A DNA stretch of 64,000 nucleotides from an uncultured candidate division Zixibacteria bacterium. GTDB taxonomy: Bacteria > Zixibacteria > MSB-5A5 > UBA10806. The stretch is from positions 1,728,001 through 1,792,000 of the forward strand of contig CAWDFP010000006.1 of assembly GCA_963801605.1 (NCBI GenBank), in the 5' to 3' direction. The notes under the pieces are model-generated. The model had not been told where the DNA came from, did no database searches, and worked only from the letters and a program-made list of their open reading frames with translations. Both the position numbers and the translations under genes were made by a program. Position 1 is the stretch's first letter. The number at the start of each line of letters is the position of its first letter. Positions 10,864-24,993 of the stretch are shown piece after piece.

Positions 10864-11425
10864 ATGCTGTTGATTTTCTTACTTATTCCAATTGCTATCC
10901 TGGCGATTGCCGTCATTTATTTTGTATCGATTTATAACAATCTGGTATCATTCAAGAATGCGGCAGTGGCGGCCTGGCATCAGATCGATGTTCAGCTTAC
11001 TCGCCGAGCCGATTTGGTTGGCAACCTGGTTGAGACGGTCAAGGGCTATGCCTCGCACGAAAAGACCGTTTTCGAGGATGTTGCCACCGCAAGGTCGTCG
11101 GTGATGCAAAGTCGCGGAGCCCGCCAGGCAGGAGAAGCTTCGGCCTCACTTGATTCGGCTTTATCTCGTTTGTTTGCGGTAGCCGAAAGTTATCCGGACC
11201 TAAAGGCCAGCGCTAATTTTATGTCCTTACAAGCACAGTTGACAGAACTTGAAAATACAATAGCCGCCGCTCGGCAGTTCTATAACGATAATGTTCGCCG
11301 CTATAACGTCGCTGTTCAACAATTTCCGGCCACACTATTTGCATCGTCATTTCGGATTTATATCCATGGACTATTTCGAAGCTGCGCCGGCCGGCACCGA
11401 ACCACCGAAAGTAAACTTTTCATAG
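10864..11425 (+). CDS. lemA: LemA family protein; +1 frameshift near 11350
   Basis: AWHQIDVQLTRRADL, ESYPDLKAS, ARQFYND; corrected C-terminus FGFISMDYFEAAPAGTEPPKVNFS* ends at 11425. Confidence 0.85.
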
Positions 11426-11427
11426 AA

Positions 11428-12307
11428 GTGGCATTCCCAGGCCAAAAACTCGAGACTCCTGAAGCCTCCACGAAGCTATCTATAGTCGCCAATTTCTTGC
11501 TTCTGGTGCTTAAGTTTATTGGTGGATTTATAGGCGGCAGCAAAGCCCTGATCGCCGATTTTATTAATTCTCTTCTCGATTTGATAGCCAATTTTGCGGT
11601 GCTTATTGGAATCAGGGTCGCTCAACGGCCCGCCGATGCCGAACATCAATATGGACACGGCAATGCCGATGTTATCGCGGCATTTTTGGTGGCGGTAATA
11701 ATCCTGATGACAGGCGTCTATATAGGTTATGATTCGGCTAATACGGTATTCGAGAAAAAATATCACACCCCGAATTTATTTGCGACAGCCGTGGCGCTTT
11801 TTACTATATTTGCCAAAACAATTTTGTATCGTTACACCAAAAGGGTTGGCTTGAAAAGCAAAAGCGCTGCAGTGCTCGCCAACGCCCAGGATCATAAATC
11901 CGATGTTTACGCATCGGTGAGGGGCGCTATTGGGAATTATTATCGCTCAACTGGGATATCCTATCTGGGATCCAATTGGCGGCATTTGGGTATCATTTTT
12001 TATCATACGAAATTCAGTCAACCTCATCAGAGGCAATATTCATACGCTCATGAGCGGAGCGCCGGACAAGAAAACCATCGAGCAAGTTCAACAGGCGGCC
12101 GGTCAGATATCGGGAGTTGAAGGAGTAAAGTCGGTGCGCATGCGTACTCTGGGGTCCAAACAGATCGTAGATATCGAAATTCTGGTCGATAAAAATTTAA
12201 GCGTTGAGCAAGGCCATGAGATCGCCCAAAAGGTACAGGACAAATTAATCTCGCATTATGAAGATATTATTGAAGTCATGGTTCATGTCGAACCCAAACA
12301 GGATTAG
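11428..12307 (+). CDS. cation diffusion facilitator transporter (FieF-like); +1 frameshift near 11920
   Basis: SKALIADFINSLLD, RPADAEHQYGHG, DHKSD, C-terminal VMVHVEP. Confidence 0.85.
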
Positions 12308-12312
12308 AAACT

Positions 12313-13560
12313 ATGAATATCGCATTTTTTGAAGATCCCAAATATGTCAATTTCGAACCTATTTCCCTTTCACATCCGGTTTATATGCTTCTCTATGGGA
12401 CATCGAAAATATATGAGAAGTGGGTCAAAGCATTAAAACCGAAAAAGTATACTTTTCTGGCACGTCCGTATTTGGGGGAAGTTCTTGAGGCCGAAACGGG
12501 AATAAGACACAACGTTATCCCCGAAGGCGATATTCTTTTTATCAATGGCCGTTTTATTCCATCGGCCGAGTCAGTGGCTATTCTTCGAAAGCTTAACTTT
12601 GGAGAATCGGCCATAGTCGATAATGAGCTTTTAGCCTTTCGACTCGCTAAGGGGGAACAACCGACATTCGAAAAGCATCTTTTAACAATGTACGAGAATG
12701 AATCTTACGACAAAGTCAGGCGGCCGCTCAAAATTAGAAGAACCAAAACGAGCGTTATCAACCACCTCTGGGAAATGATCGATGGCAACGGCGAGATGAT
12801 TACTGCGGAATTTCCGGAGATTAAGCGCAAATTAAAAAGCCAAGGCAAGATCGATGCGAAAGCCTCGATAATCAATAAAGGCTCGGTGGTAATATTTCCG
12901 GGAGCCAAAATCAGCCCACAGGTGACTATTGACGCATCCGATGGCCCGGTTATAATCAGCGGCGGCGTGGTAATTGAACCATTGACTTATATTAAGGGAC
13001 CGTGTTATATCGGGCCTGATTGCCGTGTGGTGGGAGGAAAAATTCGCGAGGGGTGTTCGTTTGGGCCGGTTTGTAGGATCGGGGGAGAGGTCGAGGAATC
13101 GATAATGCTCGGCTACGACAACAAGTACCATGAGGGCTTTTTGGGGCACGCCTATCTGGGGGAATGGGTTAATCTGGGAGCGATGACTACGAATTCGGAT
13201 TTGAAAAACAATTACACCGATATTTCCGTAATGGTGAATAATGAACAAGTCAACACCGGGCGGATCAAAGTCGGCTGCTTTATAGGAGACCATACCAAAA
13301 CCGGTATTGGCACTTTGCTGAATACCGGAATATCGATCGGCTTTTCATGTAATCTTTATGGAGGCGGATTATTTACTGAGAAAGTAATAAAATCTTTTTC
13401 ATGGGGCACGCCCGGAAATTTGGTAGAATATAGACTCGATAAGGCTCTTCAAACCGCCTGTAGCTCCATGAAGCGACGTCAGGTGCAATTAAAACCGGCG
13501 CATGAAAAGCTATTTGGTCAAATATATAAGGATTCCGGCCGATCAGCCGCGGAAGGATAA
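12313..13560 (+). CDS. putative sugar nucleotidyltransferase with hexapeptide repeats (alternative GlmU-like)
   Basis: left-handed beta-helix region GGEVEESI...KYHEGFLGHAYLGEWVNLGA...SDLKNNY. Confidence 0.8.
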   Translation: MNIAFFEDPKYVNFEPISLSHPVYMLLYGTSKIYEKWVKALKPKKYTFLARPYLGEVLEAETGIRHNVIPEGDILFINGRFIPSAESVAILRKLNFGESAIVDNELLAFRLAKGEQPTFEKHLLTMYENESYDKVRRPLKIRRTKTSVINHLWEMIDGNGEMITAEFPEIKRKLKSQGKIDAKASIINKGSVVIFPGAKISPQVTIDASDGPVIISGGVVIEPLTYIKGPCYIGPDCRVVGGKIREGCSFGPVCRIGGEVEESIMLGYDNKYHEGFLGHAYLGEWVNLGAMTTNSDLKNNYTDISVMVNNEQVNTGRIKVGCFIGDHTKTGIGTLLNTGISIGFSCNLYGGGLFTEKVIKSFSWGTPGNLVEYRLDKALQTACSSMKRRQVQLKPAHEKLFGQIYKDSGRSAAEG

Positions 13561-13707
13561 TTTAAATAATCTATTTCGTGGCCTTGACCGGTAAAAGCAT
13601 ATTAAAATGAAACTAATAACGATCCAGGTATAGTTAAAAATGGTGCGAAATGGACGATAAATTAAAAGGGAGCGGTTTATCAGTGTCTTTGTATATTTGG
13701 AGGATCG

Positions 13708-14721
13708 ATGCCTGAACTTCGTAAAGACCCTATTATGGGACGATGGGTAATCATTTCGACTGAACGCGGCAAGCGGCCGTCAGATTTCCCCATGGAATCT
13801 CGGAGACGCGAGCCCAAGCTTTGCCCATTTTGTCCCACAAACGAATCGTCCACACCGCCAGAGATTATGGCATTCAGGGAAAATGGTTCCAAGCCCAATA
13901 CACCGGGTTGGAGCCTGCGAGTGATTCCCAATAAATTTCCGGCGTTGCGGATTGAGGGAGATCTCAATCGCGAGGGAGTCGGCATTTTCGATAAGATGAA
14001 TGGAATCGGCGCCCATGAGGTGATAGTGGAGACTCCCGATCATACCAAGGATTTGGTGGATCTGGAACTAAAAGAGATAGAGAATGTAATCTGGGCGTAT
14101 CGCGACAGAATTAATGATCTCAAGCGCGATCCGCGTTTCAGGCATATCATGATTTTCAAAAATCAGGGCGAAGCGGCAGGCGCATCACTGGAGCATTCGC
14201 ATAGCCAGTTAATAGCCACTCCTATTGTGCCCATCAGGATTTTATCCGAAATGGAGGGCGCCAAGAAATACTACGATTACAAAGAACGCTGCATTTTCTG
14301 CGATATAATCCGGCAGGAGCTTAATGACGGCACCCGGATTATCGTCGAAAACGATAAATTTGTGGCGCTGTCTCCATTCGCCGCCAGATTTCCGTTTGAA
14401 ACCTGGATCATGCCTAAAAGACATAATCCCGCTTTCGAAAATATGAAAACCGAAAATGTGCCATTTTTCGCCGAAATATTGAAGGATATGCTTAGCAGAT
14501 TATCGATGGCTCTAAATAATCCCGCTTATAATTTCGTAGTGCATTCCTCGCCGGTTGAAATCCACAATAAAGATGAGTATCATTGGCATCTGGAGATCAT
14601 GCCCAAACTGACCAAGGTCGCGGGCTTTGAATGGGGCACCGGTTTCTATATCAATCCTACCACGCCAGAGGATGCCGCCCTCTACTTACGAGAGATAAAA
14701 AAGCCACAACCAGTGGCATAG
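13708..14721 (+). CDS. galT: GalT-family hexose-1-phosphate nucleotidyltransferase
   Basis: MPELRKDP, CPFCP, NKFPAL, GASLEHSHSQ (HxHxQ), AGFEWG. Confidence 0.9.
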   Translation: MPELRKDPIMGRWVIISTERGKRPSDFPMESRRREPKLCPFCPTNESSTPPEIMAFRENGSKPNTPGWSLRVIPNKFPALRIEGDLNREGVGIFDKMNGIGAHEVIVETPDHTKDLVDLELKEIENVIWAYRDRINDLKRDPRFRHIMIFKNQGEAAGASLEHSHSQLIATPIVPIRILSEMEGAKKYYDYKERCIFCDIIRQELNDGTRIIVENDKFVALSPFAARFPFETWIMPKRHNPAFENMKTENVPFFAEILKDMLSRLSMALNNPAYNFVVHSSPVEIHNKDEYHWHLEIMPKLTKVAGFEWGTGFYINPTTPEDAALYLREIKKPQPVA

Positions 14722-14742
14722 ATTAATTTTTACGGAGGTTTA

Positions 14743-16236
14743 ATGCAGGTTTTGAAGATATTATTAGTATCCCCCGAGGCTGTTCCTTATGCCAAAACAG
14801 GAGGTTTGGCCGATGTTGCCGGGGCGCTTCCCAAAGCGCTGAGGGCTATGGGGCATGATGTTAAACTTGTGATGCCGCTTTTTCAGCAGATAAACAGAAC
14901 TAATTACCAGTTAAAGAAAATAAGTTCGGAATCACTAAAAGCGGAAATTAACGGCAAGAGCGAAAATTTCGATTTGTACGAGGATGGCAGAGCAACACGA
15001 GATTTCGATGCCTGGTTTATCGATCACCCCGGATATTTTGACCGTCCTGAGCTCTACCGCGATCCTGCCACTGGTAAGGATTGGGCTGATAACGATGAGC
15101 GTTTTGCATTTTTCGCTCGTGCGGTATTGGAATCTGCGCGCCAAAGAGGTTTCATTCCTGATGTTATTCATCTCAACGATTGGCAGACCGGATTGATACC
15201 GGCCTTTATTAAGGTCGATTCGAAATATAAGGATTTTGCCGGCGTAGCTACTTTGCTTTCAATACATAATATTGCCTACCAGGGAAATTTCCCCCACGAA
15301 TCGTTTGCAAAACTCGGATTGGATATGAGCCTTTTTGCGCCGGGTCAGGGATTCGAATTTTGGAATTATGTGAGCTATTTGAAAACGGGCGTTTGGTATT
15401 CGGATTTGCTCAATACCGTTTCTCCGACTTATGCCAAGGAAATTCAATTATCGGAAGAGTACGGTTTTGGATTTGAAGGGATTTTGCGCAACCGCACAAA
15501 CGATCTTTTCGGGGTTCTCAATGGTATCGATGATGATGTTTGGAATCCGTCAAATGATGAGTTAATTCCCGCCAAATTCACTCCCGATAAACCGGACGCC
15601 AAAACCAAGTGCAAGGCCGCTCTTCGCAAACAAACCAAGCTGCCGGCAGTCCGTCGCGACGTTCCAATTATAGGTATCATCTCGCGATTGGCGGATCAAA
15701 AAGGATTCGATCTTATTGCCGAGGTAGCCGATGAGATAATGGGGCTGGATATGCAAATGGTCGTACTTGGCACCGGCGACCAGAAGTATCATGATCTCTT
15801 CGCCGCCCTGCAGACGAAATATCCCAAGAAGCTTGCGGTGACATTAGGATTCAACAATGAGCTGGCACATCTGATTGAAGCAGGAAGCGATATGTTCCTG
15901 ATGCCATCGCGATACGAACCCTGCGGATTGAACCAGATGTACAGCCTTAAATATGGCACAATCCCGATTGTCAGGGAAACTGGCGGTCTGGCGGATACGA
16001 TAGATAACGCCAATCCTGCTCGCGGCACCGGCAATGGTTTTACATTCAGAAAATACGATTCGCGCGAAATGCTGAATGCCATTAAATTCGCAATCGAGGT
16101 TTATCGCGATAAAAATGTCTGGGAAGTTATGATGCTGCGGGGGATGCGTCAGGATTTCTCCTGGAAAGCGTCGGCTGAAAAGTATGTTGAATTATATCTC
16201 AAGGCGATGGAAAAAAAGCAGCCGGTTTTGGCATAG
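14743..16236 (+). CDS. glgA: glycogen synthase (GT5)
   Basis: KTGGLADV, HLNDWQTG, HNIAYQG, PSRYEPCGLNQ. Confidence 0.95.
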   Translation: MQVLKILLVSPEAVPYAKTGGLADVAGALPKALRAMGHDVKLVMPLFQQINRTNYQLKKISSESLKAEINGKSENFDLYEDGRATRDFDAWFIDHPGYFDRPELYRDPATGKDWADNDERFAFFARAVLESARQRGFIPDVIHLNDWQTGLIPAFIKVDSKYKDFAGVATLLSIHNIAYQGNFPHESFAKLGLDMSLFAPGQGFEFWNYVSYLKTGVWYSDLLNTVSPTYAKEIQLSEEYGFGFEGILRNRTNDLFGVLNGIDDDVWNPSNDELIPAKFTPDKPDAKTKCKAALRKQTKLPAVRRDVPIIGIISRLADQKGFDLIAEVADEIMGLDMQMVVLGTGDQKYHDLFAALQTKYPKKLAVTLGFNNELAHLIEAGSDMFLMPSRYEPCGLNQMYSLKYGTIPIVRETGGLADTIDNANPARGTGNGFTFRKYDSREMLNAIKFAIEVYRDKNVWEVMMLRGMRQDFSWKASAEKYVELYLKAMEKKQPVLA

Positions 16237-16264
16237 TATCATATTAGGATTGTTTATAAGGTTT

Positions 16265-16297
16265 TGGCGTTAGCTTGAAATAGCTGGCGCCATTTTC
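16265..16297 (+). terminator. intrinsic terminator after glgA
   Basis: hairpin TGGCGTTAGC...GCTGGCGCCA followed by TTTT. Confidence 0.55.
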
Positions 16298-16764
16298 TTA
16301 GGAGGTCGAAATCAAACCACCCCCGGGCTTATTTTTCCCGGGGGCGAATTTTGGAAACAAGTGAGCGTTATTGGCGGTTTAAGAGCGTGGTGGGGATACT
16401 GCTATATATAGGTATGAACAAATCCCTATATGAAGCGAGATCATTGGCATAATCAGATATCCACTATTAAATTTATCTTTTGTTTTATGAGCAATATCAT
16501 TGCGCTTTGAAATCGAATTGTCTTAAATACTGAGGATTGAAATTAAATAGGCGATGATAGATTCGAATGATAACGATTATTATCATCGTGATTATAGAGG
16601 GAGACTAACCGGCGGCAGGTCGTTTCGCTCACCGAAAAAGAGGGCATGAGTAGATCAAAATGAAATTCTGGAACTTGCGGTCGATATAGGTGGTAATAAC
16701 ATTGGGAGATAGAAAGCCGATAATTTAGAATAGAAAATATTTATAAAAATATTTCTAAAAAGGC

Positions 16765-16912
16765 TTGACAGGCGAGAACGAGATATATACATTGGGCACT
16801 TGCCGAAGACGAAATATCGGCATAAGCCGAAAAAAGGGCGAAGGACTTGAAAAAAAGTTTTTTTGAAAAAAGTAAATTTTTGACTTGACTTGGCTAAAAA
16901 ATATCGTATTTT
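16765..16912 (+). promoter_or_regulatory. tandem sigma70-type rRNA promoters P1/P2
   Basis: TTGACA-N17-TACATT (16765-16793) and TTGACT-N16-TATTTT (16885-16912), each with an AT-rich upstream tract. Confidence 0.65.
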
Positions 16913-17123
16913 GGCAGTCTGTCGGCGAATTTTGAGGCAGACTTTTTTTCGCCCGAAAAGCCGAGTAAAACAAAAAGCTCTTTGAGAACTGAATAGCACA
17001 CATAAGACGGACCCGTCGATTTAATATGATCCGGCGCAAGCTGGATTGAATTTAGATTCGACGAACAATCGCGAAGTTTTTGCTAAAATTTTAGCTTTAA
17101 CCAGCGTTTTAGTTCTAAAGCTC

Positions 17124-18684
<1,561 letters not shown>

Positions 18685-18876
18685 AAGGTGAATGGTGTGA
18701 TGTCTTGTCTTTACGATGAGACTCATATCTACCCAATTTGGGTAGGTCGGTAAATTGATGGCAAGTTCTTATGCGTGCTATTCGATTCTCGAAGAGAGAC
18801 GAAGCTCTTTTAGAATATGAAAGATTTCCGGGCAAAAGCCCAGCGACTGGGAATCAGAGGCCCGATAGCAAATTGA

Positions 18877-18953
18877 GGGCCTTTAGCTCAGTTGGTTAGA
18901 GCGCGTCCCTGATAAGGACGAGGTCGGTGGTTCGACTCCACTAAGGCCCACCA
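18877..18953 (+). tRNA. tRNA-Ile(GAT)
   Basis: cloverleaf, anticodon loop CTGATAA, encoded CCA. Confidence 0.97.
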
Positions 18954-18961
18954 GGATTCAA

Positions 18962-19034
18962 GGGGACGTAGCTCAGTTGGGAGAGCGATAGCTTTGCAAG
19001 CTATAGGTCGCCGGTTCGATCCCGGTCGTCTCCA
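18962..19034 (+). tRNA. tRNA-Ala(TGC)
   Basis: cloverleaf, anticodon loop TTTGCAA, G3:U70 pair. Confidence 0.97.
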
Positions 19035-19171
19035 TGTTTTGAGCGCTCAGTTTCGTACACAAGTACGTTAAAATAAAGCTTATGTTCGGCTGCTGCCGAA
19101 CTCCAGAGATCTTTGACAACTAAATAGAATGTTGTGTTTTTTCGAGTAAAAAGGTTTCGCCGAGAGTTTTT

Positions 19172-22564
<3,393 letters not shown>

Positions 22565-22751
22565 AAAATTCTTGACGAAACCTTAAATTCCCCTCGGAAT
22601 GCACAACATTCTATTTAGTTGTCGGGATCTTTATGATCTTTGATAAATAAATCCTGTAAAGCTGCTTGAGGTTACTAGTGCCTCACCTGCGACAAGTAAG
22701 AGCAGGCTGGTTTCCTTTCGACGGGAAACCTGACAGCAACAGGAAAAATTT

Positions 22752-22869
22752 TTCCGGTAGCGATAGCGCAGGGGAAACACCCGTTCCCATTCCGAACACG
22801 GCAGTTAAGCCCTGTAGCGCCGATGGTACTGCCTCTTTACGGGGGTGGGAGAGTAGGACGCCGCCGGGA
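22752..22869 (+). rRNA. rrf: 5S rRNA
   Basis: CACCCGTTCCCATTCCGAACACGG, GCCGATGGTACT, GGGAGAGTAGG; paired ends TTCCGGT/GCCGGGA. Confidence 0.97.
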
Positions 22870-22877
22870 GTTTATTG

Positions 22878-22913
22878 GAAGCCCTCTTTCAGAAATGAAG
22901 AGGGCTTTTTGTT
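22878..22913 (+). terminator. rrn operon intrinsic terminator
   Basis: AAGCCCTCTT...AAGAGGGCTT followed by TTTGTTT. Confidence 0.8.
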
Positions 22914-22940
22914 TGACATTAATATGGTTGGTAATATAAT
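22913..22940 (+). promoter_or_regulatory. consensus sigma70 promoter for the MNT-HepT operon
   Basis: TTGACA-N16-TATAAT, then GAGG RBS before ATG at 22958. Confidence 0.75.
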
Positions 22941-22957
22941 ATTAATATGAGGTTAGA

Positions 22958-23210
22958 ATGATACCGTTAATAAAAGATAACAAGAATTCATTGATAGATC
23001 TTTGCCATAAATATTCGGTTAAACGGCTGTATGTGTTTGGCTCAGCGGCAAATGACAGCTTTGACCGTACCCAAAGCGATATAGATTTTATTGTTGAATT
23101 TGAGGAATCGCCTCCCGGAGAACACGCATTCCGTTATTTTGGGCTACTTTCTGCCTTGCAGGATCTTTTTTTCCCGTAAGATATTATCAAAGGTGCCGAT
23201 TTATGGATGA
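22958..23210 (+). pseudogene. MntA-like minimal nucleotidyltransferase antitoxin; homopolymer frameshift plus apparent internal deletion
   Basis: FGSA...SDIDFIVEF motif; stop at 23179 after a T7 run; corrected frame reads FSRKILSKVPIYG* overlapping the next ATG and lacks the usual (V/I)DL strand. Confidence 0.75.
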
Positions 23211-23544
23211 TCGTACGAGGAAACATCTTTTTGATATAGTTGAGTCTTGTAAGCTTATTGAAAAATTTATAAGTAATAGGACGCTTAAAGATTATCAAAG
23301 CGATTCCATGCTGCGTTCCGCCGTAGAACGACAATTCCAGATAATAGGCGAAGCGCTCCAGCGGCTGATTCGAGAAAATCCCCAAAGTGCAAAATCGATC
23401 AGCGACCATCGCACTATTATCAATTTCAGAAATATTCTCGTTCATGGATACGACATGGTTGATAATGAAGTTGTATGGGGCGTAATTGAACGCGAATTGG
23501 CATTGCTCCATAGGGAAGCCGAGTCGTTATTACAGGGCAGTTAA
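23203..23544 (+). CDS. HepT-like HEPN ribonuclease toxin (DUF86)
   Basis: AVERQFQIIGEA and RNILVHGY (Rx4HxY). Confidence 0.9.
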   Translation: MDDRTRKHLFDIVESCKLIEKFISNRTLKDYQSDSMLRSAVERQFQIIGEALQRLIRENPQSAKSISDHRTIINFRNILVHGYDMVDNEVVWGVIERELALLHREAESLLQGS

Positions 23545-23645
23545 GCCCTGTAGCGCCGTGGTACTGTCGGGTTTCTCCGATCCGGGCCTCTTTACGGGGG
23601 TGGGAGAGGCCATTTGGCTCGAAACGATAGGACGCCGCCGGGAGT
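23536..23645 (+). repeat. partial duplicate of the 5S rRNA 3' half with two insertions
   Basis: colinear with 22800-22871: GGCAGTTAAGCCCTGTAGCGCCG, TGGTACTG, CCTCTTTACGGGGGTGGGAGAG, TAGGACGCCGCCGGGAGT. Confidence 0.92.
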
Positions 23646-23649
23646 ATAT

Positions 23650-23684
23650 GAATCGCCTCAATGCAAAACGGGGCGATTTTCTTT
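23650..23684 (+). terminator. intrinsic terminator after the 5S-like fragment
   Basis: GAATCGCCTC...GGGGCGATTT followed by TCTTT. Confidence 0.6.
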
Positions 23685-23757
23685 AACAGGATTAATAAGT
23701 AGAAAAAACTGAAATGTTGAATTGACCTAATATGATTTTAATTGTAACTTTGATAAA

Positions 23758-24297
23758 ATGGCCAGCTTTACTAAAGAACAAATAGAATATATTAATACAA
23801 TGCTTGACGAGCTCGGCAATGAAAAGGATCGAGGCCGTCCTATATAGGCGCGGAACTTGATAGATCTCTTGGAGACATCTTAATTGCGCACTTGCTCCCG
23901 GAAAAAGGAAAAACTAGTTCACCTCTTTTAGACAAGGATGGGCCTTTGGCACTCTCGCTTCAGGAATAGAAATTATCTATCGTCGTAGGGATTGATCAGC
24001 CCTTTGCTTCATCGAGAAGATTCATTTGTGAAAATAAGAAATCATTTTGCACATTCAAATGGCGCTGGAGTAGCAAAAAGTGAAAAATCGGCAATGGTGG
24101 ACTTATCCGAGCGTCTTGCATATTCCCAATGGATTTTGGAGGGTAATCCTTATTTTATTCAAGATGGCAATTGAGTAACATAGATGGCTATAACGATGAA
24201 ATACAGATTCATCTTTGTGCATGGCGCATCTTCATTGCTTGCTGGAAACATCGCGAATATTATTGAACAAGTAAAACATAAAATTCTATTGAGTTAG
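23758..24297 (+). pseudogene. degraded MtlR/HEPN-superfamily gene
   Basis: frame-hopping fragments MASFTKEQIEYINTMLDELGNEKDRG / GAELDRSLGDILIAHLLP / KIRNHFAH (Rx4H); several frameshifts and stops; 3' end approximate. Confidence 0.6.
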
Positions 24298-24509
24298 TGC
24301 GTTGAACCTCGGCTATCAAGCGTAACATACTAGTTATTTTGAGCCAAGGACCGGGGTGATCGGGGACCCACGGCGAAAAGCTTGTATCCGGCGGTTCGCG
24401 AATTGCTAAAGAATGCCAGAACTACCTTGGTTATTAATCGGTTAATAATATTTGGCATTTATATTATAATTACGCAGGATAGAAAAATAACCGAATGAGG
24501 GGCAACAAT

Positions 24510-24902
24510 ATGAAAAAGGACACAACAACTAAGGGCGAATCCCCTTCTCGGCTGATCGACGCGAAGATCAAGGAACTGGACGATTGGAGGGGCAAGACGC
24601 TCTCCCATATCCGCGCTCTCATCAAACAGGCTGACCCTGAGGTGGTCGAGGAGTGGAAGTGGGATGTTCCGGTTTGGTCTGACAATGGAATTATCTGCAC
24701 CGGCGAGACATACAAGAGCGCCGTAAAGCTGACTTTTCCCAAAGGCGCTTCGCTTGCGGACCCGTCAGGACTATTCAACTCCAGCCTTGAAGGCAAAGTT
24801 AGGCGCGCTATCGATTTCCGTGAGGGTGATAAAATAGATGAGGATGCCTTCAAGACGCTCATCCGCGCCGCCGCAGCCCTGAACAGGTCATCGGCCAAAT
24901 AG
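24510..24902 (+). CDS. DUF1801 domain-containing protein
   Basis: DWRGKTL...ADPEVVEEWKW...VKLTFPKGASL.DPSGLFNSSLEG. Confidence 0.9.
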   Translation: MKKDTTTKGESPSRLIDAKIKELDDWRGKTLSHIRALIKQADPEVVEEWKWDVPVWSDNGIICTGETYKSAVKLTFPKGASLADPSGLFNSSLEGKVRRAIDFREGDKIDEDAFKTLIRAAAALNRSSAK

Positions 24903-24993
24903 TCGAATCCGGGCGCTTCATGAGTTAGCGTCCATCGTAATCGGTGCGTAGTCCGCTTTGCGAAAATATAAACTACCTTACTAAGGAGGCCCT

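Noticed and set aside
10864..12120. Apparent novel LemA-CDF transporter fusion (418 aa ORF)
   Set aside because: One extra base near 11350 bypasses the LemA stop at 11425 and another near 11920 truncates the CDF; these are two ordinary genes
16655..17039. Phe/Lys-rich minus-strand ORFs upstream of 16S
   Set aside because: They are translations of the AT-rich rrn promoter and leader
24340..24432. GC-rich island that could fold (CCAAGG...CCTTGG) or encode a TGVIGDP fragment
   Set aside because: No recognisable RNA family and too short to assign as a gene relic
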